Positions 29,553 to 39,611 are shown, counted from the stretch's first letter. The stretch is DNA of 64,000 nucleotides from a virus (IMGVR_UViG_3300028045_000007:90409-154408), one strand, 5' to 3'. The notes: generated by a model not told the origin, from the letters alone. Numbers and translations: made by a program.

Positions 29553-30215
29553 ATGAAAGACCCCGATGAACACACTATTACAGATCGTGAGAAACGTACT
29601 TGGCAAGCCGGTAAGAAGGTTACCAAGCGTGAACGTCCAGAGCTAACAGTAGAACAACGCCTTCAGTTTTTGGATCTATTCGTAAAGATGGCTTCACAAG
29701 CCACGTTTGAGCGTATCCTTGGACTAGAGTCTAAAGACGTTGAGTACTATCGTCAGTTCTTTAATATAGAAAGCCATGATGAAGCACGTATTCTACTACG
29801 TAAGCTTCGTCAGGAGAACGAAGAAGGTCGCGAGGCCGCTATTGTTGCAGAAACGAAACTGGCTCGTGAGGCGGAGGTTACTGCTCAGCGACGACTCAGT
29901 GAGATGGAAGCAAGACGTAATAGAGAACGTCCAATCCACGAAGTTGATGCTAACAAGATCAAACAAGAGGATGCCGAGCGTCAGCGTCGTTTTGCCGACC
30001 AACAAGAGAAGCTCGAAGAGCCCAAGCAGAAGTGGCAGCTACCAATGGAAGGTACGTTGATACAGCGTGAAGAGCAAGTTGATCGTTTTCGTCGTGCCAT
30101 TACCAACCACGGTTATACCTTCGTTCGTAATACGTACGGAGCCACTCCGCAACAAGTAAGACATGAGGCGGGACGACTGGGCCTGAAAATCAATTGGGAT
30201 CTTGTTCGTCGCTAA
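29553..30215 (+). CDS. Hypothetical charged coiled-coil protein
   Basis: AGGAGG RBS; E/R-rich central helix. Confidence 0.75.
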   Translation: MKDPDEHTITDREKRTWQAGKKVTKRERPELTVEQRLQFLDLFVKMASQATFERILGLESKDVEYYRQFFNIESHDEARILLRKLRQENEEGREAAIVAETKLAREAEVTAQRRLSEMEARRNRERPIHEVDANKIKQEDAERQRRFADQQEKLEEPKQKWQLPMEGTLIQREEQVDRFRRAITNHGYTFVRNTYGATPQQVRHEAGRLGLKINWDLVRR

Positions 30216-30937
30216 TGAAGCTCACCAAGGAGTCTTTGGAGAAACTGTATAGCTCCATGTCCATTGATGAGATGGCTGCCCACCTCGATATGGCAAAGTC
30301 TACGTTATACTATCATATGCGTAAGCTAGGTGTAACCCGTCGCTCAAAGAGCGACGCCCAACGTCAACACCTGAAGAATGCTCCGCATCAGAGGTCTGGC
30401 AAGAGTCATTCTACTGATGCGAAGGCACGTATTGCCGATGGCACGAGACGTTTCTGGGAATCGCCAGAAGGTCGTGAACAAAAGAAGCAACTAGGGACAC
30501 TACGTCGTAACGAATGGAAGAAACGTTCTGCTCGTCAGCGTTCTGCTGCGATACGTCGTCTACAGTCTGCTGCACGACCTGGACCTGGGGAATTGTCTCG
30601 TTTCGGCACGAAGCTCGCGGCGTTTTTGGAGGAACGCGAGGAAGTAAAAACGGGGATCAAGCTGACAGCCAGTCACATCTCTGACATTATTCTAGTAGAC
30701 CGCAAGGTAGTGATCGAGCTACTGCTTCCCATTAGTGTTTATGGCGAGCGTCAAGAACAGAAGACGGAGGCACGGTATGACAAGCTCACATTAGAACTTG
30801 TGAGTGCTGGCTATCGCGTAGTGGTTATAGAGGATCGTTCCAACTCATTATCTAGGGCGAGGTGTGAACGAGTTTACGATGAGTTACTGAAGTTTTTCGA
30901 CGACACGAGTGTACAACGATTGACCGTGGTGTCATAA
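30215..30937 (+). CDS. HTH + NUMOD3-like + degenerate Vsr/DUF559-like domain (homing-endonuclease-like)
   Basis: SIDEMAAHLDMAKSTLYYHMRKLG HTH; GKSHSTDAKARI; DIIL...VVIE...YDK...GYRVVVI. Confidence 0.6.
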   Translation: MKLTKESLEKLYSSMSIDEMAAHLDMAKSTLYYHMRKLGVTRRSKSDAQRQHLKNAPHQRSGKSHSTDAKARIADGTRRFWESPEGREQKKQLGTLRRNEWKKRSARQRSAAIRRLQSAARPGPGELSRFGTKLAAFLEEREEVKTGIKLTASHISDIILVDRKVVIELLLPISVYGERQEQKTEARYDKLTLELVSAGYRVVVIEDRSNSLSRARCERVYDELLKFFDDTSVQRLTVVS

Positions 30938-30944
30938 TAGAAGT

Positions 30945-31628
30945 ATGAGTAGAGAAATCAAAGACCTGTTTACGACTGACTGGGAAGCCGAGTTAATCGC
31001 TGGCGAAACTGTCGAGCGTTCTGAGGGACGCGATAAGTTTCGTGTGGTATTGCTGGCTGGCTTACAACGCCTTGCTCGCGAAGCTGGCATAGTAGGACAA
31101 AACTGTGTCATTCAGACTCCTGGCGAGACGATGGTGCAGGCTATTTTTACGTCACGGTTTATTGTACACAACGACGACAACACTCATCATGTTGTTGATT
31201 TTGTTGGTACTGCTGACTGCAATAAGAACAATACCTCAGGTAAGTTTGCCAGTTATCCCACTGCCGTAGCAGAGTCACGTGCAGAAGCACGTTGCTTACG
31301 GAAGGCACTTGGTATTCGTATGCTATCGTCTGAAGAGGTAGGATTTCGTGAAGGGTTTAGTGAGATCGAGGCTTCTCCAACGGGCAAGGCCGACACTCAG
31401 CTTGTTAAAGCTATCCAAACACTCTGCGATTCCCGCAAGATAGACATTGTACAAGTCCTCGAAGAAGTTATCGAGGGAGACCGTGCTTCCACCATTTTTG
31501 AGTTGAGTGAACTCACTACGGAAGAGGCACAGCGTGCCATGTCATGGCTTAATGGTCAGAAGCCGCACAAGAAAGAAATGACCGCTCAAGAAAAGCGAGA
31601 CGCTCGCAAAAAGGAACTACAATCATGA
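30945..31628 (+). CDS. Single-strand annealing protein (Rad52/Sak/RecT-like)
   Basis: LAGLQRLA...GTAD...AVAESRAEARCLRKALGI...SSEE; C-terminal LSELTTEEA. Confidence 0.65.
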   Translation: MSREIKDLFTTDWEAELIAGETVERSEGRDKFRVVLLAGLQRLAREAGIVGQNCVIQTPGETMVQAIFTSRFIVHNDDNTHHVVDFVGTADCNKNNTSGKFASYPTAVAESRAEARCLRKALGIRMLSSEEVGFREGFSEIEASPTGKADTQLVKAIQTLCDSRKIDIVQVLEEVIEGDRASTIFELSELTTEEAQRAMSWLNGQKPHKKEMTAQEKRDARKKELQS

Positions 31629-31933
31629 AGGTTACTGTACAATCAGGTAATGTTACCGTTGAAGCCGAAGGGCAAAAAGAACTGTTTGAAACCCTAGCGA
31701 CATATCAGGAGGTTTTTGGCATCTCTTCATGCAAGGGATGCAAGGGCACTAACCTCCGGTACGTTGTTCGCAAGAAGGAAGACGGCAAGAAGAAGACACA
31801 CACGTACTATGAACTCCAGTGTCAAGAGTGTCGTGCCAAGCTCCCCTTTGGGCAGCACGTCGATCAGCCCACCCTGTTTCCCAAGAATTGGATTCGTTGG
31901 GATCGCGACAACAATCAAGAGGTAGAACTGTAG
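31625..31933 (+). CDS. Hypothetical Zn-ribbon protein
   Basis: CKGC...CQEC; coupled to neighbours. Confidence 0.7.
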   Translation: MKVTVQSGNVTVEAEGQKELFETLATYQEVFGISSCKGCKGTNLRYVVRKKEDGKKKTHTYYELQCQECRAKLPFGQHVDQPTLFPKNWIRWDRDNNQEVEL

Positions 31934-32421
31934 TGCCTGTCCTTTCTGTATATCCCACGGGGCCAGACTCTAAAATGCCTACCCAGTCAACAACTAGGGC
32001 ACAGTGTATTGATTTCTATGCTGCCGAAGACGCCGTAATTGATCCAGGCCAAACCGTTCTGGTTGACCTCGGCGTCAAGGTGGTTCTGCCTGAGGGATAT
32101 GGACTGGAATTTCGAGAACGTTCCGGTCTTGCCGTCAAGGGGATTATCATTGGTGGTGGGATTATTGATGAAGACTATCATGGCACACTCAAGGCGATCG
32201 TGCGATATATGACTTCTATTCCTCCCGTCACGGGTGCAGCGGTACCCGAGTTCAATCCCGTGATTGTCAAAGCTGGCGACAAGATTGTGCAGGCGGAACT
32301 AGTGAAGAGAATCCCGATTGAGATTCGATGCATTAACGAAGGTGCTCTCCAGCGAGCAATAGACCATTCCCAAAGAGGCGAAAAAGGATTTGGTAGCACA
32401 GATGAAAATCCCGAATCGTAA
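31933..32421 (+). CDS. dut: dUTP diphosphatase (trimeric)
   Basis: RSGLA, GIIDEDYHG, GDKIVQ, RGEKGFGST; GTG start overlaps upstream TAG. Confidence 0.92.
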   Translation: MPVLSVYPTGPDSKMPTQSTTRAQCIDFYAAEDAVIDPGQTVLVDLGVKVVLPEGYGLEFRERSGLAVKGIIIGGGIIDEDYHGTLKAIVRYMTSIPPVTGAAVPEFNPVIVKAGDKIVQAELVKRIPIEIRCINEGALQRAIDHSQRGEKGFGSTDENPES

Positions 32422-32692
32422 ACCTGTAGACAAGCGTGCTTTTCAGTGTCCGCAGTGCAATAAGATGCGTATGGTACGCGACCTCGATCACGAGGTAAGT
32501 ACTGTCAAACAGGATTACAAAACACGCGATGGCAGTACTATTTCTCTGATCGTAGACATTTGCGACTACTGTCAACATCGTAACCAGAAGAAGTATTTCG
32601 AGCCCACGCGGGCGGATCTGCGTCGTGCCATTAAAGCAATGCACACGAAGGCCGAACTGTCAGAAGAGGAGACCCTAGAAGATCTATTGTAA
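32402..32692 (+). CDS. Hypothetical Zn-finger protein
   Basis: CPQC...CDYC. Confidence 0.65.
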   Translation: MKIPNRKPVDKRAFQCPQCNKMRMVRDLDHEVSTVKQDYKTRDGSTISLIVDICDYCQHRNQKKYFEPTRADLRRAIKAMHTKAELSEEETLEDLL

Positions 32693-33924
32693 TGGCTCAA
32701 CATAACAACTATTGGTTCGGCACACGCCCGACGCGACAATCTGTTTCGTCGGGCCTTATTCGCACTGTAGATACACTCATCATCGGTGGTGGCATTGCTG
32801 GGATAACCTTATTGGGTCGCCTTATCGGTAGCGGCGTTACTAATACGTATCTCGTTGAAGATAGCACTGTCGGTTACCATGCTTCTGGTCGCAGTGCTGG
32901 TCAACTCATGTTACGTGGCGGCGAACTGTTCTCGCAAATGCCCCAGAAAGATGGCATCGAGTATTTACAGTTTATGATTGATAACAATCAGCGATTCATA
33001 AACGGACTCCGTAACACAAAGTCCGATACGGATTTACGTGAGTCTGGTGGGTTGAGACTTGCTACCACGCACGAAGAATTTGAGTTGCTCAAACAAGAGT
33101 CCGAGTTTATTTTACAACACGGTAACATAGACTGTCCCATCCTGACGACCAGCGAACTCAAGACGTTTTTTCCCCACAATTGTGGCTTCACTGGTGGAAT
33201 ATATGTGCCTACCGAGGCGACGTGTAACCCGTATAAGGTTGTGAACGAATTGCGGGAACTTATTGAGGACAAAGGAGCTAGGGTGCTTACGGGTTGTTGT
33301 GTAGATGATGTTATACGCAACCCCGACGATAGTTTCAGTGTGTCAATTCGTCACAAGGGCACCATCAAAGCGAAGCGAATAGTGTATTGTATGGGAGCAT
33401 ATACCTCAGAACTGTTGCCCGAACTGGCGGAGTATACAGAAAGCTTTAGAGGTCAAATGATTGCTACCGACACCTTGGAAGATAGCGTGCTACAGTCATT
33501 GCCTCAGATGAGCGTTACGTATAACCACGGCAATGAATATTGGCGTCTGTATGCTGGCCGACTATTGGCTGGTGGCATGCGTCATTCTATTCGCGGTGCT
33601 CAAGTGGGCATTAGCGATGACGGCGAGTTCAGTCCTGCGGTGTATGATAGGCTACGTCAGTTCATTAAGGACACGTTGCCGGTCACTAAAAGAGTCAAAT
33701 TTACGCACGTATGGTCTGGTGTAATGAGTAAAACACTGGACCAATTGCCGTTAATTGGTTCGCTTCCTGGTCGTCCCAACGAATTTGTATTTACCTGCTT
33801 CAATGGCTATGGCTATAGCCACGTTATGCATGGTAGTATGATTTTAAAGGACATCGTAATCAATGGCGAGTCAATGCGTCCTGGTGCCCGGCTATTCGAT
33901 CCCGCGAGGTTTAATCATGCTTGA
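32692..33924 (+). CDS. FAD-dependent oxidoreductase (DAO/glycine oxidase/PuuB family)
   Basis: IIGGGIAG, ASGRSAG, RGQMIAT, WSG...DQLPLIG, FNGYG. Confidence 0.88.
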   Translation: MAQHNNYWFGTRPTRQSVSSGLIRTVDTLIIGGGIAGITLLGRLIGSGVTNTYLVEDSTVGYHASGRSAGQLMLRGGELFSQMPQKDGIEYLQFMIDNNQRFINGLRNTKSDTDLRESGGLRLATTHEEFELLKQESEFILQHGNIDCPILTTSELKTFFPHNCGFTGGIYVPTEATCNPYKVVNELRELIEDKGARVLTGCCVDDVIRNPDDSFSVSIRHKGTIKAKRIVYCMGAYTSELLPELAEYTESFRGQMIATDTLEDSVLQSLPQMSVTYNHGNEYWRLYAGRLLAGGMRHSIRGAQVGISDDGEFSPAVYDRLRQFIKDTLPVTKRVKFTHVWSGVMSKTLDQLPLIGSLPGRPNEFVFTCFNGYGYSHVMHGSMILKDIVINGESMRPGARLFDPARFNHA

Positions 33925-35812
33925 GTTGGGCAAATTACAACACGAAATTTTCGACAAACGATACGCCATGCCAGACGAGACCGAGTGGTCTCAATTAGCC
34001 AAGAGGGTTGGTGACAACATCGCCCTCATGGAGTTAAATGGCCTTGCTTCTGAGTGGAGCAAGAAATTCCGAGAGGTAATTGCCGCTGGCGACTTTATGC
34101 CAGGAGGACGCATCCTCTTTGGTGCTGGTCGCAGACAGTTCAATATGCTTAACTGTTTTAGGCTACACCCAGAAGATACTGTCGAGAGCATCGGCAACGC
34201 CATGCGAGATACCTATCTTATTTCGTGTGGAGGTGGCGGGATTGGCTATAACTTCTCTGATATTCGGCCCAAGGGTGACGACATTCAGAACATTCGCTGG
34301 TCTGCTCCCGGTGTTGTGTCAGTCATTAAAATGAAAAACGAGGTAGGGGATCATGTACGTAGCGGCAAGAATCGTCGCACTGCCCTTATAGCTATCCTCA
34401 ATGTCACCCATCCAGACCTATTCGATTTTCTGCACGTTAAGCTAGATCTAGCACAGCTTGCCAATTTCAATATTTCTGTTGGCATTACCAATGAGTTCAT
34501 TGATGCCGTCAAGAAGAACAAGAAGTGGCATTTCAAGTTTAACGGTCGTCGTTATTACACGTACGAGATTGATCGAGCGACCCCTACTGGTGGCCGTCCT
34601 AAGATCGAGACGATTCGTGTTACAGCACTCAACGAAGAGGATGCTCTTGGCCGAGCACGAGCTTATTGCCGTATAAGCGAAAAAGATCGGCTTGAAAATG
34701 TCCGCATGTACGATCTGTACGCTCGCGAGATTTGGGATACGATCATCACGAACAGTTGCGAGAGCGGCGAGCCGGGCATATACAATATCGATTTCGCCAA
34801 TAGATATACGAACGTGTCGTATTTCGAGAGCTTGGACGCTCCCAATCCATGTGGCGAAATTCCCCTGCCTCCATACGGGAACTGCTGCCTGGGGCATATC
34901 AATCTGTCTCACATGTACAACCCCAAGACCAACGACGTACAATGGAAGAAGTTGGCGGCGACCATCCGTACCGCAGTACGATTCCTAGACGACGTACTCA
35001 GCGTTAACCACTACCCCATCCCCGAGTGCAAGACCGTTGGTGAGCGTTCCCGCCGGATTGGCTTGGGCGTGACTGGTTTACACTATCTTCTTTTGAAGTT
35101 GGGATACGTATACGGTGATGAGAAGTGCCTAGAATTCTTAGATCGATTGTTCGCGACCATTCGCAATGAAGCATATAAAGCTTCTATTGATCTTGCCAGG
35201 GAGAAGGGAGCCTTCCCCGCGTTCGACGTAGACAAGTACTCTCAGGAGGAGTTTTTCCAGCAGTTGCCTCCACGCATTCAGAATTCCATTAAGAAATATG
35301 GCATTCGCAATGCTGTCATGTTGACTATTGCTCCGTGCGGCACCAACAGTATGGTACTGGGCGTCTCCTCTGGTATTGAGCCAATTTATGCACCCGTGTA
35401 CATGCGTCGCTTCCTAGACGGCAATGTGTGGCGTGAGGAATACGTGGCCGACCCGCTATTCTCGGAGTTCTATAGGGGAGGGAAGGACTACTCTCATTTT
35501 GTAGGTACCCACGATATTACCCCTGAAGTACATATTCAGGTACAAGGCACGATCCAAAAATACGTTGACTCCTCTATATCGAAGACTATTAATCTACCTG
35601 AGGACTTCACGCCCGATACGTTAGGCGATGTGATCTTGGAACACGTCGAATACGTCAAGGGATTAACCGTGTATCGTACTGGCTCGAAAGGCATGGAGCC
35701 CTTCACGTCTATCGATACGTCGTCTCCTGAAAAACTACAACAGGCTATGGAGCAGGCCGATACTGGCCTTGAGTCTAATGATGCTTGTCGTAGTGGCTCT
35801 TGTGAACTGTAA
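33917..35812 (+). CDS. nrdJ: Class II (adenosylcobalamin-dependent) ribonucleotide reductase
   Basis: PGGRIL, NCF, GGGIG, EPG, NPCGE, CCLGHINL, TIAPCGT, SISKTIN, C-terminal CRSGSC; no NrdB nearby. Confidence 0.88.
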   Translation: MLELGKLQHEIFDKRYAMPDETEWSQLAKRVGDNIALMELNGLASEWSKKFREVIAAGDFMPGGRILFGAGRRQFNMLNCFRLHPEDTVESIGNAMRDTYLISCGGGGIGYNFSDIRPKGDDIQNIRWSAPGVVSVIKMKNEVGDHVRSGKNRRTALIAILNVTHPDLFDFLHVKLDLAQLANFNISVGITNEFIDAVKKNKKWHFKFNGRRYYTYEIDRATPTGGRPKIETIRVTALNEEDALGRARAYCRISEKDRLENVRMYDLYAREIWDTIITNSCESGEPGIYNIDFANRYTNVSYFESLDAPNPCGEIPLPPYGNCCLGHINLSHMYNPKTNDVQWKKLAATIRTAVRFLDDVLSVNHYPIPECKTVGERSRRIGLGVTGLHYLLLKLGYVYGDEKCLEFLDRLFATIRNEAYKASIDLAREKGAFPAFDVDKYSQEEFFQQLPPRIQNSIKKYGIRNAVMLTIAPCGTNSMVLGVSSGIEPIYAPVYMRRFLDGNVWREEYVADPLFSEFYRGGKDYSHFVGTHDITPEVHIQVQGTIQKYVDSSISKTINLPEDFTPDTLGDVILEHVEYVKGLTVYRTGSKGMEPFTSIDTSSPEKLQQAMEQADTGLESNDACRSGSCEL

Positions 35813-35827
35813 AATATCGAAGAAGTG

Positions 35828-35856
35828 ATGACACTAACGCACGTCGTGCGTATAAT
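35828..35856 (+). promoter_or_regulatory. Sigma70-type promoter, probably giving a leaderless mRNA
   Basis: ATGACA-N17-TATAAT, then 6 nt to ATG 35863; no Shine-Dalgarno. Confidence 0.65.
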
Positions 35857-35862
35857 ACTGCT

Positions 35863-36168
35863 ATGACACAACCCAAGCCCAAAGAGAAGTTTGTTTTTAC
35901 CCACCCCAAAGACGAAGACGGTAACGATATCCTGTTCCGCTTTATGTTGACGCTAGATCGCAAGATCAGTAGTCTCGGCAAGACGTTGCCCGATTCGATT
36001 GGTACCATCGACGGCATTGATGCCGTAGTGCCCCAAGTAGGCATGTATACAATGGAGATTGCTATCGCTCGCACTTTCGATCCGGCAGAGGTCATTGAGG
36101 AAATCAAGAGACGTTTGAAGGATGTTTTGAGCGACATCATTCGTCCCAATAAAGAACTCATCGTTTAG
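35863..36168 (+). CDS. Hypothetical protein
   Basis: ORF directly after the promoter, before thyX. Confidence 0.7.
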   Translation: MTQPKPKEKFVFTHPKDEDGNDILFRFMLTLDRKISSLGKTLPDSIGTIDGIDAVVPQVGMYTMEIAIARTFDPAEVIEEIKRRLKDVLSDIIRPNKELIV

Positions 36169-36171
36169 ACT

Positions 36172-36870
36172 ATGGACAAAGGACATACTATTCCCATTCT
36201 AGGGGGAGGGTACGTACGCTATGTCGATCATCTTGGGTCGGATCAGCGTATTACTGAGACAGCTCGTATATCGTATCTGTCTCCCTCGAAGGGTGAATTG
36301 CAGGATAAGGAGCTACTTTTCTACCTATTCAAGAAGAGGCACACAAGTCCATTTGAGTCGTCCAACATCACATTCAATATTCGCATGCCTATCTTTTGTA
36401 TGCGGCAGTTCGTGAGACATCGTACGTTCAGATTGAATGAGCAGTCGGGACGGTATTCTGAGCTGCCCAGTGATTTCTACGTGCCCGACGTGTGGCGAGG
36501 ACCAGACGATATCAATAGACAAAGCAGCGTTCCCGTGCGGCGTGACCTCCCTGGACACGAAGAGTGGCACGAAGAGAACGACAGACTGGCACGGGGGCTG
36601 TTTGCCGAAGCGTACGCCGTCTATCAAGAGTTTTTGAATCGTGGCGTCGCTAAAGAGCTTGCTCGCATTGTATTGCCGGTTGGTATCTTTACTGAGATCT
36701 ATGTAAGTTGTGACGTACATAACCTTATCCATTTCTTGAATCTTAGACAAGATTCCCATGCTCAATGGGAGATGCGAGAGATTGCTAATGCGATGAGTGA
36801 AGCGTTTCAAAAATTCTTTCCCTGGTGTGCAGAAGCACGCAGTAAATACAAATGGAGACTAGTAGAATGA
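36172..36870 (+). CDS. thyX: Flavin-dependent thymidylate synthase
   Basis: ARISY, HTSPFE, RQFVRHRTFRLNEQSGRY, ELARIVLP, HAQWEMR. Confidence 0.95.
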   Translation: MDKGHTIPILGGGYVRYVDHLGSDQRITETARISYLSPSKGELQDKELLFYLFKKRHTSPFESSNITFNIRMPIFCMRQFVRHRTFRLNEQSGRYSELPSDFYVPDVWRGPDDINRQSSVPVRRDLPGHEEWHEENDRLARGLFAEAYAVYQEFLNRGVAKELARIVLPVGIFTEIYVSCDVHNLIHFLNLRQDSHAQWEMREIANAMSEAFQKFFPWCAEARSKYKWRLVE

Positions 36871-37388
36871 AGAAAATCGTATTGGTGCTTGGTGTTATCG
36901 GCGGACTTGCCGCAGGAGGCTGGGCCTTGTATAGTGCAGCCCCCATGCAGCCACAGCCACAAGGCGTGGAGACCGATTGTGAATCGACCAATCCTTACAA
37001 GCCTGAAAACGCTCCTGGATGTCCACAGGGACCTATCTATTGTCCCGTTCCGCAGGAGATCGATTGGGATTGTGTCAAGAAGGCTCAGAAGAAATACGAA
37101 GACGACATGGCCACCCTGTACGGACTAGCGTATGGCTGGTATGACCACGCTTGCGAATCTTTTGAGAGCGAGGTCGAAGGTATTGATAAAGCGTATGCCG
37201 CTTGCGTTGACAGTGGAACTCCAGAGGAGGTCTGTGCTCGCCGCCAAAATTTCAGTTACAAAATTGCCCTAGACGTGTATGCGTCTAGACTTGAAGGTCA
37301 ACAGAAAAGCGTGTCTGAGTGGACGGACAAAATTGCTATGCAGTACTGGGAAGATGTTTCGAAATGCTGCGTTGAGGGAGATCAGTAA
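36867..37388 (+). CDS. Secreted or membrane-anchored Cys-rich hypothetical protein
   Basis: MKK + hydrophobic signal segment; 9 Cys. Confidence 0.7.
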   Translation: MKKIVLVLGVIGGLAAGGWALYSAAPMQPQPQGVETDCESTNPYKPENAPGCPQGPIYCPVPQEIDWDCVKKAQKKYEDDMATLYGLAYGWYDHACESFESEVEGIDKAYAACVDSGTPEEVCARRQNFSYKIALDVYASRLEGQQKSVSEWTDKIAMQYWEDVSKCCVEGDQ

Positions 37389-37912
37389 TGTTTAAGAGGA
37401 TTCTAGGATTACTGGGCATTGGCTTGCTTTCGCTGGGCGTTCTTGCGATGACTGCCGACGCACAACTTGTCGCGTCCGCTCACCGTATTTGGAGTCAAGT
37501 ACTTGGCCCCGCTAACAGTGCTAGTCTTGTCAGTGTCAATCTGCGGGGCGTGTATGTTACTCCCGGTCCAGGTGCGGCTGGTGTATTCCTACCCCTACCA
37601 GGGCACGTAGCTACGCTTCCTGGTGGCGTCATTATCCAGGACGATCACACGTTTGTCATTACGGATGTACGTATCACGTACCAGACTCATCCTGGCATTA
37701 AACTTAATCTCTTGGAGATGTCTCAGAGCTTGGCGATTGAAAACGTCCTTCTAATGGAAGACAGTATGGTAGCTGGCTGGCAATCTTCTGTGGGTGTCAA
37801 GGCTACTGGTAGTAGTTCTGAGGCTGTGGGCGTTGCCATTCGCAAGGTATCCAATGGGGACGATAGCCCCCTCATTGATATTGAGCTTGTGGGATATGTG
37901 ACACAACAATAA
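37388..37912 (+). CDS. Secreted hypothetical protein
   Basis: MFKR + hydrophobic stretch + ADA signal-peptidase I site; beta-rich. Confidence 0.7.
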   Translation: MFKRILGLLGIGLLSLGVLAMTADAQLVASAHRIWSQVLGPANSASLVSVNLRGVYVTPGPGAAGVFLPLPGHVATLPGGVIIQDDHTFVITDVRITYQTHPGIKLNLLEMSQSLAIENVLLMEDSMVAGWQSSVGVKATGSSSEAVGVAIRKVSNGDDSPLIDIELVGYVTQQ

Positions 37913-37935
37913 AACATAACGCTACACCAGTGTAC

Positions 37936-37963
37936 AGAAGGCGGCCTTTTTGGGCCGTCTTCT
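37936..37963 (+). terminator. Stem-loop, probable terminator
   Basis: AGAAGGCGGCC-TTTTTG-GGCCGTCTTCT between operons; weak U-tract. Confidence 0.6.
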
Positions 37964-38014
37964 AGTGTATTTATAGGCAGTCAAGTTTCGTTTCGTCTCT
38001 TTAGAGGTAAAGTT

Positions 38015-38455
38015 ATGACTGAAAAAGTAGCAGCCATCGTTGGCTCAGGTACGGTTCCGTACGTTAGGGGTATTCTGCCAGAACTTCAGCGAGGTATTGA
38101 AGATGACGGTGAAGGTATTCGCACCGGCATTCAGATGATGGTCGGTAACCCCGAAGACCTACTTGCCGTAGACGCCTTTGCGGCTTCTGGTGTTACGGTT
38201 GGTACGACAGCGATAGAGGTTTTGAGTCCTGGTACTAATCCATTGCCACGTTCTCGTCAGGTGATTATTGAGAACATTGGCAGTAACGAAGTATACATTA
38301 GCCACAAGGATGTTTTTACCACATTAGACGCTTTCGAGTTGTCGGAGGGTGTGGCTGGCGAAAACAACCGCGTGACATTGCCAGTATTGCATAACGTTTC
38401 TATCTGGGCCAAGACCGATACCGGCACGAGTACAGTACGCCTATTGATCTTCTAG
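38015..38455 (+). CDS. Putative virion structural protein (beta-sandwich), paralog of 38484..38924
   Basis: GAGG RBS; GSGTVP, NPED, VIIENIGSNEVYI shared with the next gene. Confidence 0.6.
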   Translation: MTEKVAAIVGSGTVPYVRGILPELQRGIEDDGEGIRTGIQMMVGNPEDLLAVDAFAASGVTVGTTAIEVLSPGTNPLPRSRQVIIENIGSNEVYISHKDVFTTLDAFELSEGVAGENNRVTLPVLHNVSIWAKTDTGTSTVRLLIF

Positions 38456-38483
38456 TCGCGGGTGTTCCCGTAGGGAGCTTGCG

Positions 38484-38924
38484 ATGAGTAATCATGAATA
38501 TGCAACTTCGATAGGATCTGGCACCGTACCGCACGTACAGAGTGGCCCAGTCCATAATCTTGCTGATGGAGCATATCCTGTTCCCGATCAGCGAACATCA
38601 CTAAAGACACGTCGGGGGGACGGTGCAGTTATCCTGAACCCAGAGGACTTCTCCGTTGGGATTGGTCTTCGTGCGGCAGCAATTACCGTATCTACCTCAG
38701 CGGTTCCGCTTCCAGCGGACCCGCTGGAGTTTCGTCGTGCTCTCGTCGTTCATAACAACGGCTCCGTGACTGTCTATTTGGGGCAAGCGGGAGTGACCGT
38801 CAGCAATGGTTTACCATTGACGGCGGGTGAGAAGATTGCTTTTGATATCCAAAACAACCCGAACGTGGTTGTGTACGCTGTTGCCGCGTCTTCGGTTGAC
38901 GTGCGTATTATGGAGTTAAGCTAA
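38484..38924 (+). CDS. Putative virion structural protein (beta-sandwich)
   Basis: GSGTVP, NPEDF, LVVHNNGSVTVYLG. Confidence 0.6.
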   Translation: MSNHEYATSIGSGTVPHVQSGPVHNLADGAYPVPDQRTSLKTRRGDGAVILNPEDFSVGIGLRAAAITVSTSAVPLPADPLEFRRALVVHNNGSVTVYLGQAGVTVSNGLPLTAGEKIAFDIQNNPNVVVYAVAASSVDVRIMELS

Positions 38925-39608
38925 ATGGTGGGCATAGGTAACATTGTATCTGTTGGTGGTTCAGGCGGTGGAACCAGCAGTAGCTCTGGCGTCAGTATAC
39001 TGAACGGCCAGACTGGTCCCGAGGTTACTCTTGTTGGAACTAGTGGCATTGTTATCTCGCCCGTTGCCCCGAACGTTATCAACATTGGTTACGACGGATC
39101 GATTCAATCCGGCGTGTTTGGCGTCAACGGCATTGACGTAGAGCAAGTTGCTGGCGAATACGTCGTTGATGGAGCATCACTATCTGGATTGATCACACCA
39201 TCGGGTGGAATTGGCTCCATCAACGGGCAGATTGGTCCTACGATTGACATTCAAGGCGTCAATGGCGTTACCGTTACCGTACCGGGAACCAACACCCTAC
39301 TGATTGATGGTGCTGGAGCATCTGGTGTAGGTGGTGGCGGCACGGCTAGTGGGGTTTGTTATACGGAAACATTTACAAGTCAAACGTCTGTTACTGCAAA
39401 CCATGGACTTGGCACAGCTAACGTTGTGGTCAATGTTTTCGACGCTTCTGACGACCAAATGTTGCCCGACAGACTCAATATTGTGGACACAAACAACGTA
39501 TTAGTGCAGTTCAATAGGCCGCAGACTGGCAAGATTGTGATTGTTGGCTGTGGCGGCGACGATACCAATTTTGAACTATGTAAACGATACGCATTACTAG
39601 TGAGTTAA
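38925..39608 (+). CDS. Putative tail-fibre/decoration protein
   Basis: Repeated S(I)NGQ.GP / GVNG fibre-like units; C-terminal NHGLG...VVVNVFD...FNRPQTG domain. Confidence 0.65.
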   Translation: MVGIGNIVSVGGSGGGTSSSSGVSILNGQTGPEVTLVGTSGIVISPVAPNVINIGYDGSIQSGVFGVNGIDVEQVAGEYVVDGASLSGLITPSGGIGSINGQIGPTIDIQGVNGVTVTVPGTNTLLIDGAGASGVGGGGTASGVCYTETFTSQTSVTANHGLGTANVVVNVFDASDDQMLPDRLNIVDTNNVLVQFNRPQTGKIVIVGCGGDDTNFELCKRYALLVS

Positions 39609-39611
39609 GAT

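Noticed and set aside
4846-35812. Inteins or introns in dnaE or nrdJ (also checked dnaB)
   Set aside because: Lengths are normal, motifs are contiguous and no intein splice motifs were seen
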